A stretch of DNA of 23,249 nt, taken from assembly GCA_048884965.1 (NCBI GenBank), contig JBHLQH010000043.1, forward strand, positions 1-23,249. The letters run 5' to 3'. Source of the DNA: Candidatus Thorarchaeota archaeon (GTDB lineage: Archaea; Asgardarchaeota; Thorarchaeia; Thorarchaeales; Thorarchaeaceae). This document shows positions 1-9,323 of this stretch, in pieces (positions within the stretch are counted from its first letter, which is position 1; each line of letters begins with the position of its first letter). The notes below the pieces were generated by a model. The model saw only the letters and a program-made list of their open reading frames with translations, had not been told where the DNA came from and did not search any database. Made by a program: the position numbers and the translations under genes.

Positions 1-1
1 C

Positions 2-1369
2 TTTCCTCAACTGAATCCCTACACGTTCTATGATGTATCTGATGGTCCAACCTCCGCCCATATTTATCACTCAGTCTGGTCAGCAGCCCGTGCGCTGACA
101 TATCTTGAGAGTCGGACTTTGGCGAGTAGCATTATTGTCGGTGGAGCCTCTATGGGCGGTATGGAAACTGTCATCCTTTCAGCGATTGATGACAGAGTCG
201 ATGGCTCTCTTTCCATGATATCTGGTGGAAATCTGTTCGAATCATTGATGGAGGGTTCTCTCATCAATAGCCTGATTAATCCTGATTATGACATAGGCTC
301 CGAGGAGCTCGACTTGCTTCAGCGGTGGTTCGACCCCATTGCCTACTACCGACAATTGACCAAACCCCTATTCATGATATTCGGGACCAATGACCCCTTC
401 TTTCCAGTATCTGGCTTTATGCAGACAATCGATGAGATTAGTGCGCCTCTCACATTGAGCATAAGGCCAAACTATGGTCATGTAGTTGACACAAGCTGGA
501 GTGAAGTTATTGTTCGATGGATGAACGCGGAATTTCGTGCCACTCCATCTTATCCTATCATCTTGAATGTGACATCAACCGAGCTGCTGACAGTAGCAGG
601 ACTTACGCTTCAAGTACGCGTGGCATCAACCTCACTTTCAGACTTCTACATCTGTTGGCGTACAGGGAATCCTGGTGCTACTTGGACCATTACTCCGATG
701 ACCCTTGTTGATGACGAATATGTCGTTGACCTGACACCTCTACTAGTTGGAAAGGTGACCTATTTCGTGTACTCCGCAGAAGAGAGTACAGTTCTCATGT
801 CCTCGGAACTCTTGATTGGCAACAGTGGGAGCTTCGGGTTATTTGTCCTTGCTATACTCTCAGCTATTGCAATATTCTTCCTCTCTCAGATGACTGGTTG
901 GAAAATCACGCAGAGTAATCTAATACGGCAGCTGCCAATAGGAGTTGGCATCGTCATGATAGGTCTAGGAATGATCCTCCCTTTCTATGGCATCGAGGGC
1001 CGGGTTGAGATATCGCTCCTGAGTTTCATAGAGGTGCATGGACAGGCGCTTGGGCTATCAGGATGGTTCCTTACACTTGCACTGTTTATCCTCTACTATA
1101 TTGTTGCTTTGGCTGCAGTGCGTCATCAACTAGAGTTTCGCGTCGTCGTAGCAGTATGGTTTCCAATGCTCGTTCTTGTTACGATTGCACATATCTTCTT
1201 TGCAGGGGTCTTTGCTATCTCTGGTGGGCTGAACTATGTCTACACAGGATTTGGTGCGTTCCTTATGATATTCGCAGTACCTGTTATGCTCATTATGGAA
1301 TCCTTCTTCAAGGATACGACTGCTGAAGAGAAGCTCATCGCAAAGGTTCTGGAGAATCAGACCGTTTGA
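2..1369 (+). CDS. Alpha/beta hydrolase (esterase-like) with C-terminal multi-pass membrane region; 5'-truncated by the window edge
   Basis: The frame is open from base 2 (FPQLNPYTF...ARALTYLESR). It has the nucleophile elbow GASMGG, acid motif GTNDPFF and His motif NYGH, followed by a beta-rich segment and about 5 hydrophobic helices. Confidence 0.75.
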   Translation, partial: FPQLNPYTFYDVSDGPTSAHIYHSVWSAARALTYLESRTLASSIIVGGASMGGMETVILSAIDDRVDGSLSMISGGNLFESLMEGSLINSLINPDYDIGSEELDLLQRWFDPIAYYRQLTKPLFMIFGTNDPFFPVSGFMQTIDEISAPLTLSIRPNYGHVVDTSWSEVIVRWMNAEFRATPSYPIILNVTSTELLTVAGLTLQVRVASTSLSDFYICWRTGNPGATWTITPMTLVDDEYVVDLTPLLVGKVTYFVYSAEESTVLMSSELLIGNSGSFGLFVLAILSAIAIFFLSQMTGWKITQSNLIRQLPIGVGIVMIGLGMILPFYGIEGRVEISLLSFIEVHGQALGLSGWFLTLALFILYYIVALAAVRHQLEFRVVVAVWFPMLVLVTIAHIFFAGVFAISGGLNYVYTGFGAFLMIFAVPVMLIMESFFKDTTAEEKLIAKVLENQTV

Positions 1370-1760
1370 AGAGAGCCACCATCTCCTCGATGCATCTCCA
1401 GTTTCCCATTAGATTCCGAACGCGAATCCTAAGACCATCAAGAATCTTGACCTTGTGCAACTCTAGGTCCTTTTGCAGATAGGCTGCGATTTCAGTGCCT
1501 TCTTCATCAAAGTCTGTCAATATCAGAACCTGTTTCCCATCACTGGCTTCAGCTGCGATAAGGTCGATGAGCTGTGTTCTTCTGAGCTGTGTCTGGGTCT
1601 TTATGGTTCTAGCACGCACTCCAAGGTTTCTTAATATCTTCACATCTCTATCTCCTTCCACTAGTATCAGCAGATTTGGATACTTCTCATCTAGAGATTG
1701 AAGGAGCTCGATGAGACTGCGTTCGTTATCTCGAAGAGGTTTGTCGCTCCTGTATTCCAC
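1335..1760 (-). CDS. Small stand-alone Toprim-domain protein (RNase M5/primase-like)
   Basis: ILVEGDRD (Toprim Glu) and ILTDFDEEG (DxD) motifs; GTG start; overlaps the 3' end of the convergent hydrolase gene. Confidence 0.85.
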   Translation of the reverse strand: MEYRSDKPLRDNERSLIELLQSLDEKYPNLLILVEGDRDVKILRNLGVRARTIKTQTQLRRTQLIDLIAAEASDGKQVLILTDFDEEGTEIAAYLQKDLELHKVKILDGLRIRVRNLMGNWRCIEEMVALFKRSDSPEPLR

Positions 1761-1782
1761 ACCCGTTTCCTCTATTGCCCTG

Positions 1783-2841
1783 TTATCCTGGAGTTATCGC
1801 AACCTTCATACTTTCGCCCGCACTCATCATCTTTAGTGCCTGCTCGACTTCTTTCAACGGCATCTCGTGAGTGACAAGGATATCACCATCAACATCCCCT
1901 GCAATTAAGAGCTTCAAAGCCTGTTCAACATGCTTCGGCGTAAGGTGGAAGACTCCCTTTATCGTCAGTTGTCCATAATGGAACCGAACAGTGTCTATCT
2001 CAAAGGTGGTGCCAGACGCGGCTCCTCCAAAAAGCACGGTCGTTCCACCATCTCTTGTCATCGCGATTGACTGCTCCCACGTTGAGGGCAATCCTACAGC
2101 CTCGATGACAACATCTGCACCGTACCCCTCTGTTTCCTCCTTTACCCGCTGGATTGGATTCTCCTCAGCTGGATTGATCAAAACATCTGCTCCTGCTTTC
2201 TTTGCATAGTCTCTCCGAAGCGGAGAAAGATCGGAAGCGACGACAGTGGATGCTCCATTCTTCTTGGCAAGCATAATGAGCATCTGTCCTATTGGACCTG
2301 CACCAATAATGGCTACGGTGTCACCCAATTCGATGTTTGATTCCTCAATACCATGTACTACACAGGCCAAGGGTTCAGTGAGTGCAGCATGCTTGAATGA
2401 AAGACTGTCCGGAATCCTATGTGTGTTCCATTTGACTACTGGGGCTGGGACCTTGATATATTCTGCATATGAGCCATTGACTAGAGATGTTTTGAGCTGG
2501 GCACAGAGGTTTGGCTTGTTCCGTTTACAGAAGAAGCATGTACCACATGGAGCAGAGTTTGTCGCTACAATTCGCATGCCTTCTTCAAATCCTGACACTC
2601 CCTGTCCAATGTCCTCGATCGTTCCTGCATACTCATGCCCAAAGACAGTTGGGGCATTCTGAATCAAAACTGGATGCCCTCGTTTGTAGGTCTTCACATC
2701 CGTACCGCAGGTTAGAGCAGTTCCGACCCTAACAAGGAGTTCTCCCGGGCCAATCTCGGGGATGTCGGTCTCTTCATACCTGATATCCCCAATATCATAG
2801 AACATTGCTGCTTTCATTCTTCTACTCATCGCTTGTCCCAC
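1783..2841 (-). CDS. Zinc-dependent medium-chain alcohol dehydrogenase (threonine/sorbitol dehydrogenase-like)
   Basis: CGTD, GHEYAG, structural Zn site CGTCFFC-x7-C, EPLAC and Rossmann motif GAGPIG. The start may instead be ATG 2829. Confidence 0.9.
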   Translation of the reverse strand: MGQAMSRRMKAAMFYDIGDIRYEETDIPEIGPGELLVRVGTALTCGTDVKTYKRGHPVLIQNAPTVFGHEYAGTIEDIGQGVSGFEEGMRIVATNSAPCGTCFFCKRNKPNLCAQLKTSLVNGSYAEYIKVPAPVVKWNTHRIPDSLSFKHAALTEPLACVVHGIEESNIELGDTVAIIGAGPIGQMLIMLAKKNGASTVVASDLSPLRRDYAKKAGADVLINPAEENPIQRVKEETEGYGADVVIEAVGLPSTWEQSIAMTRDGGTTVLFGGAASGTTFEIDTVRFHYGQLTIKGVFHLTPKHVEQALKLLIAGDVDGDILVTHEMPLKEVEQALKMMSAGESMKVAITPG

Positions 2842-2940
2842 TCACATTTCCCTCTCTGATGTTTAAATGACTTGCTAACTGGCCTTTGTTCGTACCATAA
2901 GGCTTAATCAAAAAGTCTCGATGGTGGTAGTTGAAGGAAG

Positions 2941-3393
2941 ATGAAGGTCCGTTCCAAGTATCCTGAAACGATTCTCTACACTGCCAAGGTCGAATGGGAT
3001 GGTAAGACTGGGGGCATAGCGACGGCGACTGAGGGAAGGACGATTGTGTTCGATACCCCGAAGACGTACGGTGGTAACGGGAATGGTGTCTGTCCAGATG
3101 AGATGTTTGTTTCTGCTGTTCTTGGGTGTCTGATGAACACTTTCCTCGATTTCCAACGCAAAACGGGACTTGAAGTCATCTCAATTGATTTGAATGGTGA
3201 GGCAACAGCTAAATTCGATAATGAAGGCTATCAGATAGTAGGGTTGAAGGTAGGTGGCATCGTTGTTGTGGACCCTGATGATCTAGAGTTTGGTGAACGC
3301 GCAATCGTTATGATGAAGAAGTACTGCCATCTAACTCGTTCCATCAAGGATTGTATTCCAATAGCATATGAAATCGAGGTAAAAGGCGGCTAG
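2941..3393 (+). CDS. OsmC/Ohr family protein
   Basis: GG-G-GxxPDEMFVSAVLGC and a distal KYCHLTRSI Cys, the OsmC two-Cys pattern. Confidence 0.85.
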   Translation: MKVRSKYPETILYTAKVEWDGKTGGIATATEGRTIVFDTPKTYGGNGNGVCPDEMFVSAVLGCLMNTFLDFQRKTGLEVISIDLNGEATAKFDNEGYQIVGLKVGGIVVVDPDDLEFGERAIVMMKKYCHLTRSIKDCIPIAYEIEVKGG

Positions 3394-3878
3394 TCATTCC
3401 ACTCAGCAATCATTGATTCTATCCGTTTCATATAATTTTGTATGTTCTCCCAATAGCCACCTTGGAAGAAGACACTGCAGCAATCCCTACATAGCCAGAA
3501 GGTATCATAGTGATTGAAGGTCTGGTCATAGACTAGTTCCTTGACCTGATCCTTGTTCTCCTCATCCAACTCATCAAGAATGCCATTACACTTCGAGCAC
3601 CTCGACTTTGAAGGGTCCACTAATGGACGAATCTCATATCTACGGAATACACCTGCAACTTGTTCGTCTACTGACCCTCGTACCAACATCGTTGGGAGAT
3701 TTCTATCAACTGCTCGATTGTACAAGCCTTCATCTGAAGTAAGCAGGATGCGTTCCTCCTCAGATGATATCACCAACGCCTCATCATCATCCAAGGTCGC
3801 AGAATAGACCGTATCATTTCCAGTAAGCCTCAACCAGAGTGCAACCTTTCCAAGCATAGCATCAACCACGAATTTCAT
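3390..3878 (-). CDS. Mut7-C RNase (PIN-fold, DUF82) protein with Zn ribbon
   Basis: KFVVDAMLGKVALWLRLTGND, RILLTSD, SRCSKCNG and FWLCRDC..FFQG motifs. Confidence 0.9.
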   Translation of the reverse strand: MKFVVDAMLGKVALWLRLTGNDTVYSATLDDDEALVISSEEERILLTSDEGLYNRAVDRNLPTMLVRGSVDEQVAGVFRRYEIRPLVDPSKSRCSKCNGILDELDEENKDQVKELVYDQTFNHYDTFWLCRDCCSVFFQGGYWENIQNYMKRIESMIAEWND

Positions 3879-4780
3879 GGACGTTCACCAAAGAATATTC
3901 TAGCCGCATTCTTCCACATGACATATTCAAGGTCTGTTTTATTGATTTGCTCAAGCTCTGAATCGATCAGTTCCGATGGAATCTGGAGACTTGAGAAGAA
4001 GGATGCCCACTCCTCCAGTTTCATAGCATGCTCGAACAGGGGAAAATCACTTCCCCATATCATCCTCATTGGAAAGACCCTCAGGATTCTCGCATCAATG
4101 ATCATCTTGTACAATCTCATCGGTGAAGTCTTTGCGAAAATCTGCCATCCTGAAACATCCACTGAAACGTTGGGGTTCTTTGCAGATACCATCAATGCTT
4201 CATCCACCCAAGGAGTACCGACATGGGCGAGAACTATCTTCAATTGTGGGAAATCAGCGGCTACTTTGTCAATATAGACGGGCTGTGCGTATTTCACGTG
4301 TTTGAACCTCGAGGTAAACCCTGTGTGGACAACTATCGGAATGCCTAGAGATGATGCTTTCTCATAATATGGATAGAACGCTTCATCATCAGGGTAGAAT
4401 CCGTTGGGTGGATACAGCTTCCAACCTATGCAACCCTTATCTCGTACAGCTCGTACAAGCTCCAACACTCCCTCCTCTCCTCTTCTTGGATCAAGACCCA
4501 CAAAGGTTCGAATTCCTGATTCCCCTTCCACTTCCTTCGCATGCCAATCCGTTTTCTGTTGTAAAGTCAAGGGCATGTCTTGGTTCAATCCACTATCGAT
4601 AGGAAGGACCACTGCCCTCTCTATACCTGCTCTCTGCATTCCCTCCTTGAGTTTGCTGAGTGGCGAGTCAAGTACAGGATGAAGGCCATCACGTTGGGCT
4701 GCAATCTCTCGTGCTTCAAGGTCCTTCTGACTGATGATGTCACGAGTCCATGTGTGGGTGTGTGCATCTATTATCCTCAT
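3875..4780 (-). CDS. Amidohydrolase-2 family metal-dependent hydrolase
   Basis: IIDAHTH, GWKLYP, VVHTG, VLAHVG and WGSDFP motifs; ATGA overlap with the Mut7-C gene. Confidence 0.88.
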   Translation of the reverse strand: MRIIDAHTHTWTRDIISQKDLEAREIAAQRDGLHPVLDSPLSKLKEGMQRAGIERAVVLPIDSGLNQDMPLTLQQKTDWHAKEVEGESGIRTFVGLDPRRGEEGVLELVRAVRDKGCIGWKLYPPNGFYPDDEAFYPYYEKASSLGIPIVVHTGFTSRFKHVKYAQPVYIDKVAADFPQLKIVLAHVGTPWVDEALMVSAKNPNVSVDVSGWQIFAKTSPMRLYKMIIDARILRVFPMRMIWGSDFPLFEHAMKLEEWASFFSSLQIPSELIDSELEQINKTDLEYVMWKNAARIFFGERP

Positions 4781-4801
4781 TCCTTCTCTTCTCCGATGAC
4801 C

Positions 4802-5674
4802 TTACCTCTCCCATGAGTGAATATCATTTCCCAGCTCCTGAGCTGCCTTTCTTAGGTGATCTATTGTCTGAATAGGTACACTCACAGTGCCGATTGGGCC
4901 CCTCCAATCTTCACCATGATAGTCAGTTCCACCTGTACCGATAAGACCAAGCTCATTCGCTGCTTCAAGAACGACGCTCGGTTCTTCTTTGATTTTCATG
5001 TTTGAGTAATCATATGATGTCTCAACTCCAAGAATCCCCATCTCTTTCAATTCCTTCAAGGTGGTTCTTATCGAATCAACCTTGAGGTCAAGTGGATGTG
5101 CAAGAATTGGCACAGCTGCAACATTTCGTAGCAGTTCTACTGCCTCTTGTAGTTCGAGCTTAACTTTCTTGATATAGAGCGGACCGTCGTTGTACAGATA
5201 CTTCTCAAAGGCTTCATCCATATCCCCCACGATTCCATGGTCGATAAGGATCCGTCCCAGATGTGGTCTTCCTGGAGAATCGACTCCATCTAGTAGTCCT
5301 TTTAGATACTCTTCAGAAGGAATGAATCCTAGTTCCTCTTCGACCCTGTCGATCATTTTCACAAAGCGCTTCTCGCGCTCCTCCCGCAGCCATTTCAGTT
5401 TGAGATCCAGCATTTGGTTTCTTCTGGGCACATAGAAGCCAAGAAGATGAGCGCTTCGCCTACCATAGTGAGTGCTGATCTCAAGTGAGGGGACTCTCAT
5501 CATCTTTCTTGTTATAAGAGTGGACATGAACTCCTCAAGTCCATCGATCGTATCATGATCATTGAGAGATATTCCTCCTAGCCCTTTCTTCTCCGCTATC
5601 TGTACGATTCGTGATGGTGTATCAGCACCATCTGAGAAGGATGAGTGTGTATGCAGATCAGCACGGTCCATCAC
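4802..5674 (-). CDS. PHP-domain phosphoesterase (TrpH/YciV-like)
   Basis: DLHTHSSFSDG, NDHDT, HLLG, GRPH, LAHP and GGTDYHG motifs. Confidence 0.9.
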   Translation of the reverse strand: MMDRADLHTHSSFSDGADTPSRIVQIAEKKGLGGISLNDHDTIDGLEEFMSTLITRKMMRVPSLEISTHYGRRSAHLLGFYVPRRNQMLDLKLKWLREEREKRFVKMIDRVEEELGFIPSEEYLKGLLDGVDSPGRPHLGRILIDHGIVGDMDEAFEKYLYNDGPLYIKKVKLELQEAVELLRNVAAVPILAHPLDLKVDSIRTTLKELKEMGILGVETSYDYSNMKIKEEPSVVLEAANELGLIGTGGTDYHGEDWRGPIGTVSVPIQTIDHLRKAAQELGNDIHSWER

Positions 5675-6074
5675 TATGTTCTGCCTCCTGCATCAATGTT
5701 TCAACCAGCCTCTTTACCTTATGGCAGACCTTACGAATCTCTCCCCGTGTCATAGTTTCTCGCGAGGGACAATCCTTGTCAACAATACACTTCCTCTTCT
5801 TCATGTCATAGATCACAGGATAGTAACGACATCCATCTGGTCTATTCTCGTATATATTACACAAACGTGTGTCTGGGCTGTAGAAATAGCAATGCCCCTC
5901 GATATTCCTTAGCTCACAAAAGCCATCGTCACTTCGAATGAGGAACGCATCTCTGGTGTGTCCTAGCCTCTCGATTCTCTCAGTATCCTTCTTGGTGAGA
6001 GTCATCTCTGTATCAACACAGCAGAGTCGAACTTTCTCACAGCTGCCATCGTGATTACAATCGAAAGGGGGCAT
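5658..6074 (-). CDS. YkgJ-family (CxxCxxCC) cysteine-cluster protein
   Basis: C..LCC, GHCYFY...RLCNIYENRPDGCRYYP pattern. Confidence 0.85.
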   Translation of the reverse strand: MPPFDCNHDGSCEKVRLCCVDTEMTLTKKDTERIERLGHTRDAFLIRSDDGFCELRNIEGHCYFYSPDTRLCNIYENRPDGCRYYPVIYDMKKRKCIVDKDCPSRETMTRGEIRKVCHKVKRLVETLMQEAEHSDGPC

Positions 6075-6112
6075 ATCTATGCGCTCCAGAGTCTAGTCTG
6101 TCTTGATGACGT

Positions 6113-6188
6113 GCCGGTCAGATTGCGGTTTATTGGGCCATCGCGCTTGATGGACGCTAACCCATCCCTACTTCATCATCATCCCGAC
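6113..6188 (-). ncRNA. Candidate box C/D guide sRNA
   Basis: On the minus strand: GUCGG-G-AUGAUGA (C box, 6182-6176) ... CUGA (D box, 6121-6118)-CCGGC. A 5-bp terminal stem plus 3-nt bulge gives canonical kink-turn geometry. It is intergenic, with TTTATC about 25 nt upstream. Confidence 0.6.
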
Positions 6189-6313
6189 AAATTTGGTGAA
6201 GGAATCAGATGATAAATGCGATTTGGTTTTCCACAGAACGAGAGAATTTGCTTTCTCTCAAAGTTGCATATGATCATACAATGCTGTTTCCGCCACTTCT
6301 GAAGATAGTATGA

Positions 6314-6553
6314 TTACAGATTCCTACCTAAAAGGCGACGCGAAGGAGAAAGGTTTTCCTTCAGATCATCAGATTGCGTGTTCTTGCTTGAAGGCAACTT
6401 GATTGGAGTAAGGGATTTTCCAGTCAATCGTTGATAGGCATCGGCGCGAATAGAATAGAGATAGCTAGTAATATCCGGTGGTTGTCCTACTGCTCCAAGA
6501 AGGGACCGCCGGCGAACATCGAACAATGAAAGGAGTCGCTCAAGTATCTTCAT
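6314..6553 (-). CDS. Small hypothetical protein (~79 aa)
   Basis: ATG-started ORF (MKILERLLSLF...) filling the gap divergent from ABCE1; no recognisable motif. Confidence 0.4.
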   Translation of the reverse strand: MKILERLLSLFDVRRRSLLGAVGQPPDITSYLYSIRADAYQRLTGKSLTPIKLPSSKNTQSDDLKENLSPSRRLLGRNL

Positions 6554-6689
6554 GCTTATTCGTACCATGCCATTCATAACGGGTTGACACAAAAGGTTTT
6601 CCAAGTGGTCATTCTATTGCTGTCACATCCAAAGCACTAAAATGGAGTTCAATAAAGGCGATAGAAGCCCAATTCAGGTGTTGATGACA

Positions 6690-8504
6690 ATGCGTATTGC
6701 TGTGCTTGACAAGACCCGATGTAGACCTAAGGACTGTTCACATGAATGCCAACGGTTCTGCCCCAGGGTTCGTACCGGTGATGAGACCGTAGTGTTTGAG
6801 GAAGGTCCTGAAAAACCTCCGACCATTGTTGAGGCGTTATGTTCTGGCGAGGCTATATGCGTCAAGAAATGCCCCTATCATTGCATTACCATCGTTAATC
6901 TCCCTGAGCAGCTTGAGGAAGATACTAGTCATCGATTCTCTCAGAATGGGTTCAAGCTCTTCCGCCTTCCTATCCCCAAGGAGGGAAAGGTCCTTGGCCT
7001 TATTGGACCGAACGGTGTCGGTAAGACAACAGCAGTAAGGATTCTTGCAAGTGAGATGATGCCTAACTTGGGACGATTCGATAATCCTCCTGAATGGGAA
7101 GAGATTATCACTGCATATCGTGGCTCTGAGCTACAGCCCCTCTTCCAGAAGATACAGGCTGGTGATATTGTGCCTATACACAAGCCCCAGACCATCACAG
7201 ACCTTCCCAAGGTGGCTTCTATTGCTGACAAACCCATCAGCGCTCTACTTGAAAGTGCTGACTCATCGGGACGGCTCAAAGATATAAAGGATAACATGAA
7301 CCTTGGTGAGATATGGGATCGTCCCATTAAGTTCCTTAGTGGTGGAGAGCTTCAGCGCGTTGCAGTCACTGCTGCTATCGTGCGAGAAGGTGACATCTAT
7401 TTCTTTGACGAGCCTACCGCCTATCTGGACGTGCGAGAACGTCTACGGGTGGGTCGTGCAATCCGAGATCTTGCTGACCTAGGGAAGACCGTGATTGTCG
7501 TCGAGCACGACCTCTCCATCTTGGATTATGTATCCGATCTTGTATGTATGTTCTATGGTGATCCTGGAGTATACGGTATTGTTTCACACCCACATGGAAC
7601 TCGGGTCGGAGTGAACATTTTCCTCGATGGATATATCCCTGATGAGAACATGCGTTTCAGGGACACTGTGATATCCTTCAAGGGAATGACATCGCAAGAT
7701 GAGGAATACAAGTCCTTAGAGACCCTTGTAGAATATGGCGACGTGAAAAAGAGGTTCGAGGATTTCGAGCTTGAGGTCAGAGGTGGACGAGTCACCAAGG
7801 GTCAAATCATTGGTATCCTAGGACCAAATGGAATCGGCAAGACTACCTTTGTCAGGATGCTTGCTGGCGAGCTTGATCCTGATGAGGGTGAGGTTCCTAA
7901 GAAGACATTATCAGGATTTGACCTTAGAATAAGCTATAAACCCCAGTATATCAGTCAGGACTACCCTGGGTCGGTACGTATGTATCTCCGTGAGGCAGGA
8001 GGGAGCACGATCGATTCCGCCGATTTTCGGACGTCTGTCATTCGAAAACTTGGATTGGAGCATCTTATGGACCACAATGTTGGCGACCTAAGTGGCGGAG
8101 AACTCCAGCGAACTGCTATTGCTAGGTGTCTCGCGAAAGAAGCTGATATCTATCTCTTTGATGAGCCATCTGCATTTTTGGATATCGAGCAACGATTGGC
8201 GAGTTCTGATGCGATTCGCAAGATGATTCAGAACAACCAGAAAACAGGATTCATCGTAGAGCACTCGATACTCATGGCTGACTATCTAAGCGATAGCATG
8301 GTCGTATTCGATGGATTGCCCGGGAAGAAGGGTATCGCATCATCTGTCACCACCCTCAGGGCTGGAATGAATGCGTTCCTGAAACAGATGGGTGTAACCT
8401 TCAGACGTGATCCGCAGACAGGACGACCTCGAGTGAACAAGGATGGCTCACAGCTGGACCAGCAGCAGAAAGCAGCGAATGAATACTACTATGTTGGAAA
8501 GTAA
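6690..8504 (+). CDS. rli: Ribosome recycling ATPase ABCE1/Rli1
   Basis: N-terminal Fe-S domain CRPKDCSHECQRFCP; two NBDs (GPNGVGKTT, GPNGIGKTT, two LSGGELQR signatures); C-terminal TFRRDPQTGRPRVNK. AGGTG SD precedes ATG 6690. Confidence 0.97.
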   Translation: MRIAVLDKTRCRPKDCSHECQRFCPRVRTGDETVVFEEGPEKPPTIVEALCSGEAICVKKCPYHCITIVNLPEQLEEDTSHRFSQNGFKLFRLPIPKEGKVLGLIGPNGVGKTTAVRILASEMMPNLGRFDNPPEWEEIITAYRGSELQPLFQKIQAGDIVPIHKPQTITDLPKVASIADKPISALLESADSSGRLKDIKDNMNLGEIWDRPIKFLSGGELQRVAVTAAIVREGDIYFFDEPTAYLDVRERLRVGRAIRDLADLGKTVIVVEHDLSILDYVSDLVCMFYGDPGVYGIVSHPHGTRVGVNIFLDGYIPDENMRFRDTVISFKGMTSQDEEYKSLETLVEYGDVKKRFEDFELEVRGGRVTKGQIIGILGPNGIGKTTFVRMLAGELDPDEGEVPKKTLSGFDLRISYKPQYISQDYPGSVRMYLREAGGSTIDSADFRTSVIRKLGLEHLMDHNVGDLSGGELQRTAIARCLAKEADIYLFDEPSAFLDIEQRLASSDAIRKMIQNNQKTGFIVEHSILMADYLSDSMVVFDGLPGKKGIASSVTTLRAGMNAFLKQMGVTFRRDPQTGRPRVNKDGSQLDQQQKAANEYYYVGK

Positions 8505-8600
8505 ACTGTTATCACGGAAACATTCAAAGCGATTCGTTTACTGGATACGCGTGAGGAGAATCGGAATCTAAATACGTTAGTCCGCATAGAAGGTTAGACA

Positions 8601-9323
8601 ATGTCTTTTCCACAGATACGCTCGTCTGCATTGGAAATCCCTGCCACCATCTTGAAGCTCTTGGGAATAGAGGTACCGCTAGGTCTACCTGAGCCAAATA
8701 GTGAGATAACTAGCAAGTTCAACCCCCGTGCTATCGTGATGATAATCCTCGACAACTTTGGGCTCTTTGAAGCAGTAGTATACAAACCCGAAGCGTTGAT
8801 CAAAAATCTTGAAGCAATCGTTTTGATAGACACCGATGACCCTTATGCTGTCCCCTTGACGAAGCGGCTCCTTTCAGGTTCACCAGTTGGAGGATTCCAT
8901 CTTCTGGACTATGTAAAAGAGCATGGGAAATTCGTTAGAGCTGTATGCCGCGATGAGGACATATCCGATTTCGAATTCAATCCTGCATACTCTGTCGTCG
9001 TACGAGATGACATGAATACCTACATCGAATCGACGAAGCATGTCTTCAAGAGCGAGCTTCTTCTACTTCACTTTCTTGACTTCGAGAGTCTCTATGCGCA
9101 ATTTGGACACCGTACTCCACCGAAGACACTTCTTGAGAAGATAGTGAAGCGGACTGATAATTGGATCAAGGTCTTGATCAGACAGGCCCGACATGATACC
9201 CTCTTCATCATCGTTGGGAATCACGGTCGTCATCCCATACCTCTGAACTATGAGGGCAAGCTCGCAGAATGGAGGAAGGCTAACGCTCCAATTGCAATCA
9301 TCTTTCAGAAGCGATCAGAATAG
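8601..9323 (+). CDS. Compact, degenerate alkaline-phosphatase-superfamily (nucleotide pyrophosphatase-like) protein
   Basis: IPATILKLLG, IILDNFG, LLHFLDFE and IIVGNHG segments follow the family's order, but several metal ligands are missing. Confidence 0.55.
   Translation: MSFPQIRSSALEIPATILKLLGIEVPLGLPEPNSEITSKFNPRAIVMIILDNFGLFEAVVYKPEALIKNLEAIVLIDTDDPYAVPLTKRLLSGSPVGGFHLLDYVKEHGKFVRAVCRDEDISDFEFNPAYSVVVRDDMNTYIESTKHVFKSELLLLHFLDFESLYAQFGHRTPPKTLLEKIVKRTDNWIKVLIRQARHDTLFIIVGNHGRHPIPLNYEGKLAEWRKANAPIAIIFQKRSE

Noticed and set aside
5622-5666. YkgJ protein ending ...GPC-TGA, a possible Cys-Sec motif
   Set aside because: The stop sits in the ordinary overlap with the PHP gene start, the read-through peptide has no recognisable features, and no SECIS is evident.
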